NCBI GenBank assembly: GCA_028292245.1
Contig: JAQGMS010000008.1
Location: forward strand, 21,107 to 85,106
Source of the DNA: Ramlibacter sp.
GTDB lineage: Bacteria > Pseudomonadota > Gammaproteobacteria > Burkholderiales > Burkholderiaceae_C
DNA: 64,000 nt
Direction of reading: 5' to 3'
In this document: positions 8,253 through 18,706 of the stretch, one piece after another
Layout of the letters: each line of letters begins with the position of its first letter
Numbering within the stretch: the first letter of the stretch is position 1
Notes under the pieces: model-generated
Seen by the model: only the letters and a program-made list of their open reading frames with translations
Told to the model about the DNA's origin: nothing
The model's database searches: none
Made by a program: the position numbers and the translations under genes

Positions 8253-11119
8253 CAAACCAAACGGAGGCAATGGACACCACCGCAGGCGGGACTCTCCATC
8301 GAGTCATGTTGTTTGACCTACAGCGCCGTCAGGAAATACTCATAAATGAGCTCGATCACCTCATCGACGCTATAACCTATCGCCTGCCTAGCGGCAAACA
8401 CACCAATAGCAGCAGCCTCGCACTGTTATACCGCATAAAAAGCGCCGCATCGGAGCTTCACATAGAGGCCACAGCTGACATACGCGAACGAACTGCATTC
8501 GAAGAATGGTGGCGCACAAAGATTCTGGCTAGTGAGGACTTGTCGCCTGGCGCACTCCGTGCCTATCAGTGTTTTCGCTTGGTGTGGCACGCGAAAGTGA
8601 TGATTAAAGCGTCTGTTGTTGCAGAGAGGCTCGGTGAACTCCATGATCGTCTAGGGCAGCAGCTTGAAAGGACGAATCCGGACTATCCAAATCCGGTGCT
8701 ACGCCGCCGCGCGGAACAAGGGCAAGTCGACAAATTTCTATGCGAGCACGTGAAATGGGTTCATCGCGATCTAGTACTCGCGGCTAAGAACTTGGGTGCG
8801 GACTATCCTTACACCGAAGTCCCCGCGACGCTCTATTCTTGGCAATACGAGGCTTCCTCAACCCAGCATACTTTTGTCTCGCACAAGGGCTATAAACTAT
8901 GGAAGCAATGGGCTCTTGGAGGGCCCAACACAATGGGGCAGCCTACGAAATTCAGCTCTTTGGGGCTGTCATACTGGATGCCCGAGCGCCTTGTATCTCA
9001 CCCCATTATTGGGCACGAGTTGGCGCACCAAGTGTTGCAAGACTTGTATGGGCGAGACAGCCCATACGTTCGGTTGGAACACCAAGAGGATCAGCTCAGT
9101 CGCACGCTACGGCGGCTCAACAAATGCGCAGAAGGCTGGCTAGCCAATCGGCATAGTACGCGGGCAAATACCACCGCACAAGCATGGCCACTCGTCCGAG
9201 AGATCATGTGCGACCTCCTGGCTGCGGAGCGTTATGGATGCGCCTATCTCCACGCGTGGCTGATGGAAATCAGCGAGATCGAGTCAATGGCTGACTTGAT
9301 GCATGACTGTTTTGGCATGTTAAAACCAATAGAGGACTTCTCGTCAATATCGCTGGACTATATTCATCGTGAAGTGTTTACTCCGTCGAGAATTGTTGCA
9401 GGTACACATCACCCTGAAGTCTACTATCGCGGAAAGGTACTTGTTGCTTTCTTGCGAGCACACAAGCGCGAAACTGACTTGTTGGCTCAAGAGTTGATTC
9501 AACAAGTTGACCACTGGTTGGAGTGTTACCTTGACCTAGCGACGGGTGTGCACGCGGAGCCAGAGCAAATCAGCGAACTTCACTATGGTCGCGAATTTGA
9601 GTATCAATTTGCCAGGGACCTAGCGCTGACTGTTACTGAGGAGCACAGCAGGTTGTCACCCATACTGAACAAGTTAAAGATTTGGGATAGCAAGTTTATT
9701 CAAGCGGCCAAAAAACATTGGCGGTGCGACACTGCAGATAGGCCACAAGACTTCTCTTTAGGCAGACAAGTAATGTCCGATCCTGTACGGAGAAAGTATT
9801 TGCAAACTATTGCTAGTCATCGCCAGGACGCATTTCGCAGACCTAGCGAAGCCAACCAGGTTCGCACCGTTCACGACGCATTGTGGAGAATAGAGTGGGC
9901 GGTCGAAAGTCATGGCCCAGGACGATTAACGGACACGCAGCGCAATGAATTGCGAGCCTTGAACTTCTTGGCAATCGATGACTATCTATACCGTACTGGA
10001 AATCCATATCGACTATTACAAACAATATATGTCCATAGGTTGAGTAATGGTGAGGCAAGCGTGCGCGAAGGCAGCGCGCTTGATGAGCAGCGGGCAGCCA
10101 AGCGCATTGAAGAACGGACCAGCCATTCGAACTCCATAGACGAGGCTAGGCTCAAGGATATCTATTTCCCGAAATGGTTGCCTAAGCTGGACCGTGCCGT
10201 CAGGGCGCGGCGCCCCATATCACTTGAAATAGGCGAAGCCTGCAAGTTCGTCGTCACCGACAAGGACATGGCAGCGCTCGCGCCATTGCTACTCAAAGAG
10301 GAAGAGTTCGCAAAGATAGGCTTAGGCAAGTCGCTTCTAAATTCATTCCATCTTGTCAGCCTGAAGCCTGCTCGCGGCAACAATGCGAAAGGAAAGCTCA
10401 GTCTCAAGTATGGCTCCGACAAGCCCTCACTACTGTTAGGCCGCTACGACGCCTTCACCTTAGGCGAAATGCCGAGAGATGAGCGAAAAACCGTTTCAGA
10501 CCTTTGCGCAGTTTCACGGTTGAAAAGGTTTGTGAGAGTCGGGGACGTTCAGATCGAATCAGGCCGAAGGCTTGCAGCCATCATGATCTCCCTACGGTGG
10601 GATGCATCGCGCTTGATGTTTGCCAATTGGCTGAGAGCCCGCCTTACCGAGAAAGGTCGAGTCGATCACGAGGTCTATCTCAGCGACGGCTGGGAAGATG
10701 TAGTGGTCGTTGTACCGCTCAAAGATGAATCGACGGCGACGGGTGAAATTCAAGACTTGACCGCTTTGATAGAGGAGCTCAACGAATCACCATTAGTGGC
10801 GGGAACCGAGACACTATTCGAGCCGATCGTACTCGGGCACCAGACCGCGCTAACGTTTCGCTTCGTGTGTACACGCGGCGCAGAGGGCCTGAGGCCCACC
10901 GTGCAAATGATTCACACTCAATTGATGAATGTAGACGGTTGGAATCTTGAAAACGTATCAGGGGCCAAGGATCTCCAGATCGTAGTTAAAGACGCAACTA
11001 AGACTTTTGCTATCTACGAAGCTCTCCATGATGCAGCAGACAAGCCTGGTGGGTTCAGGGTGGAAACGAGAGTTTCGTGGAAGGCGAACCATGAGAGCCA
11101 CAAAGCTCAAAGCGCCTAA
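8249..11119 (+). CDS. Large HEXXH (zincin-like) putative metalloprotein
   Basis: IIGHELAHQ plus downstream REIMCDLLA; C-terminal LLGRYD / SDGWEDVVV alpha-beta repeats. Confidence 0.7.
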   Translation: MTNQTEAMDTTAGGTLHRVMLFDLQRRQEILINELDHLIDAITYRLPSGKHTNSSSLALLYRIKSAASELHIEATADIRERTAFEEWWRTKILASEDLSPGALRAYQCFRLVWHAKVMIKASVVAERLGELHDRLGQQLERTNPDYPNPVLRRRAEQGQVDKFLCEHVKWVHRDLVLAAKNLGADYPYTEVPATLYSWQYEASSTQHTFVSHKGYKLWKQWALGGPNTMGQPTKFSSLGLSYWMPERLVSHPIIGHELAHQVLQDLYGRDSPYVRLEHQEDQLSRTLRRLNKCAEGWLANRHSTRANTTAQAWPLVREIMCDLLAAERYGCAYLHAWLMEISEIESMADLMHDCFGMLKPIEDFSSISLDYIHREVFTPSRIVAGTHHPEVYYRGKVLVAFLRAHKRETDLLAQELIQQVDHWLECYLDLATGVHAEPEQISELHYGREFEYQFARDLALTVTEEHSRLSPILNKLKIWDSKFIQAAKKHWRCDTADRPQDFSLGRQVMSDPVRRKYLQTIASHRQDAFRRPSEANQVRTVHDALWRIEWAVESHGPGRLTDTQRNELRALNFLAIDDYLYRTGNPYRLLQTIYVHRLSNGEASVREGSALDEQRAAKRIEERTSHSNSIDEARLKDIYFPKWLPKLDRAVRARRPISLEIGEACKFVVTDKDMAALAPLLLKEEEFAKIGLGKSLLNSFHLVSLKPARGNNAKGKLSLKYGSDKPSLLLGRYDAFTLGEMPRDERKTVSDLCAVSRLKRFVRVGDVQIESGRRLAAIMISLRWDASRLMFANWLRARLTEKGRVDHEVYLSDGWEDVVVVVPLKDESTATGEIQDLTALIEELNESPLVAGTETLFEPIVLGHQTALTFRFVCTRGAEGLRPTVQMIHTQLMNVDGWNLENVSGAKDLQIVVKDATKTFAIYEALHDAADKPGGFRVETRVSWKANHESHKAQSA

Positions 11120-11426
11120 CTTCATGCGGCATCATTCCGGAGAAAATAGAAGTCTGCGTCCTTTCGCCCGCCGAGGCCCGGGTGACTAGGAATGTTTCCC
11201 GTGGTTCGGACATGGTCATGCCGAAGCGCATAGTAGGTCGAAGCGTTATCGTTTCTCTACTTCAATATCTCCGCAGCCGGCCTTTTTTGCGTCCGATTAA
11301 CTTCATGCTCCTTTCTGAGCATGACCGGAGCGAGGCTGCTCGGGAGACGCTAGGCTTGTATCACGATCGCCGTCATCGATTCGGAATACGGATGTCGCCC
11401 GCAAATTGGGCATCCGCCAGGCTTCC

Positions 11427-11601
11427 GAGTCCGTGACCTTCATAATGCCCGAGCAAGGCGTTGAGAGTGCAGGACCTGATGCAGTACATCGCAACGATCG
11501 AAGAGGTGGAGAGGCGGACCGGACTTTCCTTCCTCTCGGCCGTTCCGGACGACCAGCGCGACACCATCAAACGAACAAAGGCGGCGGTCATCTGGCAATG
11601 G
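11427..11601 (+). pseudogene. Frameshifted 3' fragment of a non-specific endonuclease gene (paralog of 16141..16923)
   Basis: ESVTFIMP / LRVQDLMQYIATIEEVERRTGLSFLSAVP matches ESVTFIMPNKALKVQDLMNYIATIDDVETRTGLSFLSAIP. Confidence 0.85.
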
Positions 11602-11693
11602 AGAGCTTGCCGACCTTCGCATGCAACTTTATGGGATCGTGGCGCATCTTTCCCCCTCAATATTGAGGAGAGGGCGTCAGAGCGGCGGACTTC

Positions 11694-12125
11694 CTAGTCG
11701 CCAAGCAGGCCCTTCATGACGAACGCACCAAGCGCTTTGACGCTGTCGAACGTCAGCTCCAGTCCCTTCGTTTTGGCGGTGGACTTGATCGTCGCCCAAA
11801 GTGTCTCGGAGCGCATGGTATCGAGCAGATCATGTCCCGCCATTGTTAGGCGAGGCGCCGATATCGAGTAGCGGAAAGCTCCATCCAATGACCGAACAAC
11901 CTTCACGCCAGTGACGAAGCCGTTCTGGACCAGCAATTCCAAGTGGCCGAAGATGCGGGACTCGATCTCCTGGTGGGCCTTGAGTTCCTTCACATAGTCG
12001 GACTCGTCTTGTCCATCCTTCCACCCGGGCGTATCGACCGGACCGCCCAATACCGCAGCCTTGAAGTCTTTATCCTCTTCGATGGCAGTCAACTGCGCCC
12101 GAAGCAAGTCCCAATCACGCTTCAT
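11694..12125 (-). CDS. DUF2513-like winged-helix protein
   Basis: MKRDWDLLR...HLELL...RLTMAGHDLLD...W..IK pattern. Confidence 0.75.
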   Translation of the reverse strand: MKRDWDLLRAQLTAIEEDKDFKAAVLGGPVDTPGWKDGQDESDYVKELKAHQEIESRIFGHLELLVQNGFVTGVKVVRSLDGAFRYSISAPRLTMAGHDLLDTMRSETLWATIKSTAKTKGLELTFDSVKALGAFVMKGLLGD

Positions 12126-12395
12126 AGTGTCTTTCAGATACTGGCCGAGTTGAGGCCCCTAGTTGAACGGGCGTTCCGCAAAGTCGGATGCCTATGGTCC
12201 CGATCCAGTCGTGGAAGGCGGGCGCCGAACTCTCTTCACAGCTCAACTTTAGCGCTGCTTGCTGCTACGCAGATCAGGAGGCTTCCGGCGATGTCCGCCA
12301 TTTCTGTGGATATCTCACAGACCGAACGCGAAGAATGCCGCTGCACGAACTACCGGCGAAACCGAGACTTCTCCCATTCTGCCGAGGAGAAAATC

Positions 12396-12723
12396 ATGCT
12401 CAAGAAAATCATTCTGATCGCCACTGCCGCTATCGGCTTGGGCTTCGCTTCGCCCTTCATCGCCTATGCGGGCGGCAGTTTCGCGGACACTGGGACTCAC
12501 CACGGCGTGTTCTACGCATGTACTTCGCCTTGCCATCCGCCGTGGACCTGCTCGTCTGGCGGAGACCCGCGGCGAAATGCTGGCGCTGGCGATTGGCGTC
12601 TACATCGTGCAGCACTTGGTGCTTTTTCTCTTGCTGTGGGCTTCGATGCTTGCTGCGCGTGTCCTGCAGGCCTTCGTCGTTGGGCCGCGGCATCGCCGGT
12701 CCGGTCTTGTTCGCTCGCGATAG
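12396..12723 (+). pseudogene. Probably frameshifted small membrane protein
   Basis: GAGGAG RBS + MLKKIILIATAAIGLG in one frame; a second hydrophobic segment (MLALAIGVYIVQHLVLFLLLW) in another frame. Confidence 0.4.
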
Positions 12724-12779
12724 GGTGCTTGCGAGGCTGCGTGGTCAGATGCTCCCGTAGGCACACTGACGAGCGAGTG

Positions 12780-13130
12780 TTAGCGGCTGCGGTCCCGAAG
12801 GAGATGGGAAAAGTCCAAGAGTAATCGCTGGTCCGAGTCGCCAAGTGCGGCCATGGCCACAACCAGGCTGTGAGCTCGGTCATTTGCAAGCGGGCTCGCC
12901 TCAGAGAGAAGCTCTCCCACGCCGGCGTCGAGCGCCTCTGCGATGACCAGTAAGCGCTGAAGCGACGGCAGAGAACTCCCTCGCTCGATCCTAGACACAG
13001 TTTCCGCATCCACTTCCACAGTACCGGCCAGGTCGTCCTGCGTGAGTCCCTTGGCCTTTCGCCGCTCGGCGATGGCGCGTCCCAGTCTCTTTCTCAGTTC
13101 CGCCGGATCGGCAGGTTTCTTGTGTCGCAT
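12780..13130 (-). CDS. XRE-family HTH transcriptional regulator
   Basis: RRKAKGLTQDDLA...VSRIERGSSLPSL...IAEAL. Confidence 0.85.
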   Translation of the reverse strand: MRHKKPADPAELRKRLGRAIAERRKAKGLTQDDLAGTVEVDAETVSRIERGSSLPSLQRLLVIAEALDAGVGELLSEASPLANDRAHSLVVAMAALGDSDQRLLLDFSHLLRDRSR

Positions 13131-13156
13131 GTCACAGCCCTTGGTCAAACCAGAGT

Positions 13157-13206
13157 GTTGACACTCAACGTCCAATGAGGAATGATGCAATTTGTTGTAT
13201 ATCAAC
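13157..13206. promoter_or_regulatory. Two GTTG-N5-CAAC palindromes, putative operators
   Basis: GTTGACACTCAAC at 13157 and GTTGTATATCAAC at 13194, between divergent genes. Confidence 0.5.
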
Positions 13207-13266
13207 ATATTGCGTCTAGTTCGGCGACCCCCGCTGGCGGCGCTACCAACTCTCCGGAGGGAATCC

Positions 13267-13692
13267 ATGCGAAGCACTCTCAGACTTCTCGTCGCCGCAA
13301 TCGTGGCCGCCTGTCTATCCGGCTGCATGGCGCTCGCACTCGCGCCCATTGCAAACTCGTTCACGGACAAGCCCGTGTCTTGGCAGTACACGACAACGGC
13401 AAAGAAGCCGGTCGTCTTCAATGCGGCGCTAAAGGCGCTTAACGCCAAGGGCATCGCTGAAAGCGTTGATCGCGAAGCTGGCAGCATCCGAGGTACGGTA
13501 ACGGTCACCGGCGGCCAAGCTGCCTACAACGTCACGCTGTCCGTTGAGGATAGAGGCGGCAGAACCTCTCTTCGCGTGGACGCGAAGCTCGAAGGCATGA
13601 TGAAGTTCGACCTCAAGAATTCTTCCGACCTGGCCAACGAGATCGTAAAAGACATCGAGCGGCAGATCGGAGCGACGCTCGAAAGGACGTAG
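13267..13692 (+). CDS. Lipoprotein of unknown function
   Basis: GGAGG RBS; lipobox LSGC after a hydrophobic stretch. Confidence 0.75.
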   Translation: MRSTLRLLVAAIVAACLSGCMALALAPIANSFTDKPVSWQYTTTAKKPVVFNAALKALNAKGIAESVDREAGSIRGTVTVTGGQAAYNVTLSVEDRGGRTSLRVDAKLEGMMKFDLKNSSDLANEIVKDIERQIGATLERT

Positions 13693-13881
13693 ACAGCTCG
13701 CGTAAGCGCCAAAGCAGCCCTTCCGCCGCTCCGGCAAAGGATCAATGGCTGGACTCAGCATATTCACCCCGCGTCCCTCCATGGCGGAGGCTGACCGGCC
13801 GCTCCTCCCTGGGGCGCGGTCCTTTAAGAGTCCGGACACGTCCCGGGCTCTTCGTTTCGCCGGCAGGGCACAATCGGCCCC

Positions 13882-14316
13882 ATGTCAAATATCGCGTCCA
13901 TCCTAAAAAGCGAAATCGCTCGTGTTGCCCGCAAAGAAGTGCGAGCCGAAACCGAAGGCATCAAGAAGGCTTCGACCCAATATCGTTCACATATCGCGAC
14001 GCTCAAGCGGGAAGTCGCTGCGCTTGAGCGTCATGTGAGGCAGCTATTGAAGGGCGCAAAGCGAGAGGCACCACAGCCGTCCGGATCGCATGCTGGGAAG
14101 ATTCGATTCAGCGCCAAGCGCCTGGCCGATCACAGAGCGAAGCTTGGACTCTCCGCCAAAGACTACGGAGCGTTGATCGGCGTGAGTCCGCTCTCGATCT
14201 ACAAGTGGGAGGGCGGTGATGTACGACCACGCGCGAGCCAGTTGCAAGCTATCGCAGCGGTTCGCAAGTTCGGGAAAAGAGAAGCTGCGACCCGGCTGGA
14301 AGATTTGCAGGGCTAA
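13882..14316 (+). CDS. Coiled-coil + XRE HTH protein
   Basis: RAKLGLSAKDYGALIGVSPLSIYKWEGG HTH. Confidence 0.85.
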   Translation: MSNIASILKSEIARVARKEVRAETEGIKKASTQYRSHIATLKREVAALERHVRQLLKGAKREAPQPSGSHAGKIRFSAKRLADHRAKLGLSAKDYGALIGVSPLSIYKWEGGDVRPRASQLQAIAAVRKFGKREAATRLEDLQG

Positions 14317-14405
14317 GAGCACGGTCTCGCCGACCAGGTGAGAGCGCTTACAGATTCCCGGTTTCAGGCCGTGGAGGCCACGAATCGCGGCGCCTCGCGC
14401 TTACA

Positions 14406-15148
14406 TCAGACTGCATGGTCACTGCGGGGCGTATTTGTCCATCGGCAACCCACATGCCGGGGCTTGCGCATTCGTGCATCGATAGCCTCCCGAGTCCGCA
14501 TTTCCAAGCAATGCTTCTTTTTGCCAAACTGGAGATCCATCTGTCCCGCAAATAGGATATGGGTAGCAAGACGGGCGAGGTGGTTGTGGTTGACCGTCAT
14601 GGATCCGCCGATGCGCAGTGGCGGGCCGATGAAGACCTCGCCTCTGCGCAACATGACGAATGGGACCCGCATGATCGGTTGCATGTCGACACCCCCGTGC
14701 ACGACGGGTCGCGCCGTGACCTGATTTCCATTCATCAGATTATCGAAGTCGCCGCCCGCGATGCGCCAGCGAAATGGAAAGTCGGTCTGCCCTTGCAGGG
14801 CCTGGAAGTACTTGATCAGGCTTGTCTGCTCACCGCCTTGGGTTCCCGCCACTCCCAATCTGCCGGCGCCAGGCTTGGTAGTGCCGTGCATCGACTGCAT
14901 TGCGGCCATGTTCCCGAGTCGCAGCCAGTTTGCCCGGGCGCGCAGCGGGTTGTGGCGCGGAGCCACTACACGCCCGGCGATGATCGGCAGAAGCACCGCT
15001 TCGGCCAGATCGTGCGTATGGTGGATCCTCCGCCTGTGCCGCCAACGCGGCCTCGGTATGTGGAACCGCCGAGTGGCCGTACGACCTGGCCTTACCAAGT
15101 CGGTCCGCCATCCTCGACGCGCACGTGTTCGCCAATCACAAAGGGCAA
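14406..15148 (-). pseudogene. Possible degraded gene (in-frame stop plus frameshift)
   Basis: GAGGAG RBS, TTG start, MPFVIGEHVRVEDGGPTW*GQVVRPLGGSTYR; continues only in another frame. Confidence 0.3.
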
Positions 15149-15455
15149 GACAATCTCCTCGAAAGAAAACTCCACCGAATCCTATGCAGAATGCGCAGTC
15201 GCGCAAGCTGTCAGAGTTGACGGGGCATGGGTTGATCGCGGTGCGGCCAGCTTGCTAGGGTTCGCATCCACCGTTCTGGGGATGACCGGCTACGGCACGG
15301 CGGCTAGACTGCTCGAGTCTCGGGCAGTTTGAGAAGGGCCGGTATGAATCGGATCTTTTTGGCAATCGTCTGCGCGTGTATGCGGCTTTGCTCACCTCTT
15401 GTTGGGGAGGTTCGCTATCGCTACCGGGTCCCGATCAATACCTAGGGAGAAAGAA

Positions 15456-16052
15456 ATGAGTGATTTCGAAATCCTTGCACGCGTGATCGCGGTTCTCGCT
15501 GCTGCGCTTGCGACGCTCAAGGGTGGCTATGAGTTACTTATGCACTCGCGAGGGCGTTTGAGAGATGAGTACCGGTTCGCCAAGGAGTTTCTTGCCGATT
15601 TACAAAATGCACCGTCGATGCACCCGTTCCTGCGAGAAAAGGGCCTACAGGCCCTCGCAGGGACAGATGGTCTCAGCGCGCGCGAGGTGGAGTATCTGTT
15701 GAAGCTGCCGGAACCTGCCGTGTCGCTAAAAGACTATGTGGCCGCCAAGGCGTTTCTACATCATCGGGCCACGGCTACACCCTCGGAAATCTCCTTCGCG
15801 CCCGCTTGGCAGGCCGCCTGGAAGCGCACCTTCTGGAAGACGACAGGGCTCATCGCTTACGTGGCGCTTTTCGCCCTCGCGATGTCTCCGCTATTTCTAC
15901 CGATGTTCGCTGGTGGTGGACTGGGCTCCCTTAAGCTCCTTTTCCTCACGGTACCGACGTTCGGCTTCTTAGCTTTCCTAGCCCTAGTTCAGGCCGTGCG
16001 GATCGCCCGGGCGGATCGGGTGTTGGGGCGGCAGCTGTCAGTGTTCGCGTGA
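15456..16052 (+). CDS. Membrane protein, hypothetical
   Basis: GGGAG RBS; one N-terminal and two C-terminal TM segments. Confidence 0.7.
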   Translation: MSDFEILARVIAVLAAALATLKGGYELLMHSRGRLRDEYRFAKEFLADLQNAPSMHPFLREKGLQALAGTDGLSAREVEYLLKLPEPAVSLKDYVAAKAFLHHRATATPSEISFAPAWQAAWKRTFWKTTGLIAYVALFALAMSPLFLPMFAGGGLGSLKLLFLTVPTFGFLAFLALVQAVRIARADRVLGRQLSVFA

Positions 16053-16140
16053 TAAGCGGCCTGAGCAGCGTAGTCACGCAGGTCCTTGCAGTACCAGCAA
16101 TCCCGACGGATAGACCGGTCGCATCGAGGCAGGGCGTACT

Positions 16141-16923
16141 CTATTTCCAGGTGACAGTAGCCTTGGCTCGCTTGATCGTTTGGCGCCGATCCTCCGGAAT
16201 GGCTGACAAGAACGACAAGCCTGTGCGAGTCTCGACGTCGTCGATGGTCGCGATGTAGTTCATCAGGTCTTGCACCTTCAGCGCCTTGTTCGGCATGATG
16301 AATGTCACGGATTCATCGGTGGCCGGGTCATAGACGATCTTGTAAAGCGCGGTGGGGACGGCGACTTTGCCCTTACCGATTTTTCGAAATTGGCCCTCGT
16401 AGATGGGACCGGTATAGACGAACACCCCGCCACGCTGCACTGCCCACAATCGCGTCGCGCTCTCAAGTTCTTTCCAGATGCCTTGGTTCATGCCCTTGCC
16501 AACTTGAGGGACCATGTTCGAGAGATAGAAGCTTTCCTTCGCGGCGTCAGCATCCCAATTGAAATCCGCGTTGGGCGCCATGTGGCCCCGATCGAATCCA
16601 CTGCCCTTGTAGTCACGCAGTTCCGCTCGCTGTCCCGCAATGAGATCGGGGTCTGGCGCGAAGAGATCCTTCCGAGTGGCCTGCGCCATTGCGCGTTCAC
16701 GGGTGATGTGCTCGGCGACCCAGATGGGAGTCTTCTTCTCAGGATCGTGAGCCAAAGCGTAGCCAAGGCGGCAGAGCTGGTCACCTGACGGTCCGGGGAG
16801 GCCGTAGACGACGTATTCCTGGCAGTCTTCGAAGCCGGCATTGGCCGGCCAAGACCACAGGCATAGCGGGCTTGCGATGAGCAGGCCCGCAATTGCGCGG
16901 ATTCGAATCCACGATCTGGTCAT
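16141..16923 (-). CDS. Secreted DNA/RNA non-specific endonuclease (NucA/EndoG family)
   Basis: Signal peptide; DRGHMAP, SFYLSNMVPQ, NQGIW..LE motifs. Confidence 0.92.
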   Translation of the reverse strand: MTRSWIRIRAIAGLLIASPLCLWSWPANAGFEDCQEYVVYGLPGPSGDQLCRLGYALAHDPEKKTPIWVAEHITRERAMAQATRKDLFAPDPDLIAGQRAELRDYKGSGFDRGHMAPNADFNWDADAAKESFYLSNMVPQVGKGMNQGIWKELESATRLWAVQRGGVFVYTGPIYEGQFRKIGKGKVAVPTALYKIVYDPATDESVTFIMPNKALKVQDLMNYIATIDDVETRTGLSFLSAIPEDRRQTIKRAKATVTWK

Positions 16924-17073
16924 TGTTCACCCCCTTAGCAAGGGCGAGCCCTGCTGGATCAGCAGTATGGACCGCAATAGCCGCTTTGTCATCCTACAAC
17001 TGGAGGACATCGACTATGCGCGGGTGGCATGCGACTGTGATCCCCCATACACTTGAATGCCGAGGAGGCAGTC

Positions 17074-18168
17074 ATGGCTCACAAGATCGAAAAGGCGTTA
17101 GTCGGCGTTCTCATCGGAATGCTTCTCGCTTCCTGCGGCGGCGGCTCCAAGAATGCCGCCGGCGTGGCGTTGACGGATGGGTCGCATGCGGTGCAGGCGG
17201 GCACAGCTCAATCGACCTTTGCGCGTGGACAGCCGCCGACCGCTGCACTGCGAGCAGCAGCGCTCGTCGATGCAACGAATCTCATGGATTGGGCGGAACT
17301 TCGGTATCCACAGTATTTTCCGAGTCACCGCGAGCCCCAACTCTCTCCACCGTATATCTATCGGTACTACCCCGAGACCAACACCTACCTGGGCGTCGAT
17401 GGACAGTTCGTGCGCGTGCTCGGCCCCAGCTTCGGACCGAACATCCTCACCGTCGGCACACTGATGCAGTTTGTTTGTGACGTGTTTCCTGAAAGTTGCA
17501 CGCCTCCAACCGCCAACGCTGGCGCGCCACAAGAGGTGTACGTGGGGACAACCGTGACCTTAAACGGAGCGGGCAGCGCGGACGGCAACGGCCGGCCGCT
17601 GACGTATTCTTGGACGCTGTTGTCGAAGCCCGCTGGCAGCCTGGCCGCGCTGAGCGGCGTAAGCAGTGCGCATCCCACATTCATTGCAGATGTGGCCGGC
17701 GTCTACGTGGCCGCACTCGTGGTCAACAACGGCAACACGTCAAGCGTTGCCGCAAATGTGAGCGTGAGTTCAGTGATCGCAAACGTGGCGCCGGTGGCGA
17801 ATGCTGGCGGCTCCCGCAGCGTCGTTGCCGGCACGGCCGTTTTCTTGAGTGGAACTTCAAGTTACGACCAGAACGGCGATGCACTGACGTATCAATGGAC
17901 GCTTTCCACGGCTTTTGGGAGTGGCGCTGCGCTTGTCAACGCCATATCAGCCACTCCGTATTTCACGCCCGATGTTGCCGGGACCTACGTCGCGACGCTC
18001 GTCGTCAACGATGGAAGGGTGAACAGCGCGCCGGCATCAGTCAGCATCACGGCTACTGCACAGTCGACGTATTGCTGCAAGCATTGCACAACCGGCAAAC
18101 CGTGCGGCGATACCTGCATCTCCAATTCCTACACATGTCATACGCCGGGCGGGTGCGCCTGCTATTGA
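17074..18168 (+). CDS. Lipoprotein with two PKD/Ig-like repeats and a Cys-rich C-terminal domain
   Basis: Lipobox LLASC; two PxANAG...LTYxW...GxY...L.V repeats; tail CCKHCTTGKPCGDTCISNSYTCHTPGGCAC. Confidence 0.8.
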   Translation: MAHKIEKALVGVLIGMLLASCGGGSKNAAGVALTDGSHAVQAGTAQSTFARGQPPTAALRAAALVDATNLMDWAELRYPQYFPSHREPQLSPPYIYRYYPETNTYLGVDGQFVRVLGPSFGPNILTVGTLMQFVCDVFPESCTPPTANAGAPQEVYVGTTVTLNGAGSADGNGRPLTYSWTLLSKPAGSLAALSGVSSAHPTFIADVAGVYVAALVVNNGNTSSVAANVSVSSVIANVAPVANAGGSRSVVAGTAVFLSGTSSYDQNGDALTYQWTLSTAFGSGAALVNAISATPYFTPDVAGTYVATLVVNDGRVNSAPASVSITATAQSTYCCKHCTTGKPCGDTCISNSYTCHTPGGCACY

Positions 18169-18412
18169 GCAGCTTCTAGCGAACAGGGTATTCAGGGATC
18201 TGGTCGCAATTGCGAGTCTTCAATGGCCGTACGGCAGATCGACTATCCACATGGGGACCCAAGCGGAAGCTCTTCCATTGGTCCCCGAGCCACGCGACCC
18301 TGTCCGCCCAACGCCCTGCAACTGGCTCTCGAAATTCAAACCGCAGGCCCACCTCCGACTAGGGTCACAATTCATGTGTACCGGTTTTCGGGTCCGTCCT
18401 AGAATGGCTTAG

Positions 18413-18649
18413 GTGACATGCGTGGCTACCAACTCCGAACTCTTCGACGAATGGCTGATTGCAGATTTGCTTGCGGCCGAAGCAGATCAACAAACGTCCC
18501 GCGCGTTTCGTAACTATCTAGAGGGCACTGGCGATAAACCAACGACCGTGCAGCTTGAAGTTCGAGAGGCCCTGAAGGCGACCGCCAGGCAACGTCTACG
18601 CAATGCGCTTGAAGCCATCGATCATCCCGGCCGCCTATCAAATGACTAG
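18413..18649 (+). CDS. Small hypothetical protein
   Basis: ORF only; helical composition. Confidence 0.35.
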   Translation: MTCVATNSELFDEWLIADLLAAEADQQTSRAFRNYLEGTGDKPTTVQLEVREALKATARQRLRNALEAIDHPGRLSND

Positions 18650-18706
18650 GTCGCACCAGAACTTGTCCGGCACAAAGGATCAGGTGTTCATGGGCACCGC
18701 ACCAGC

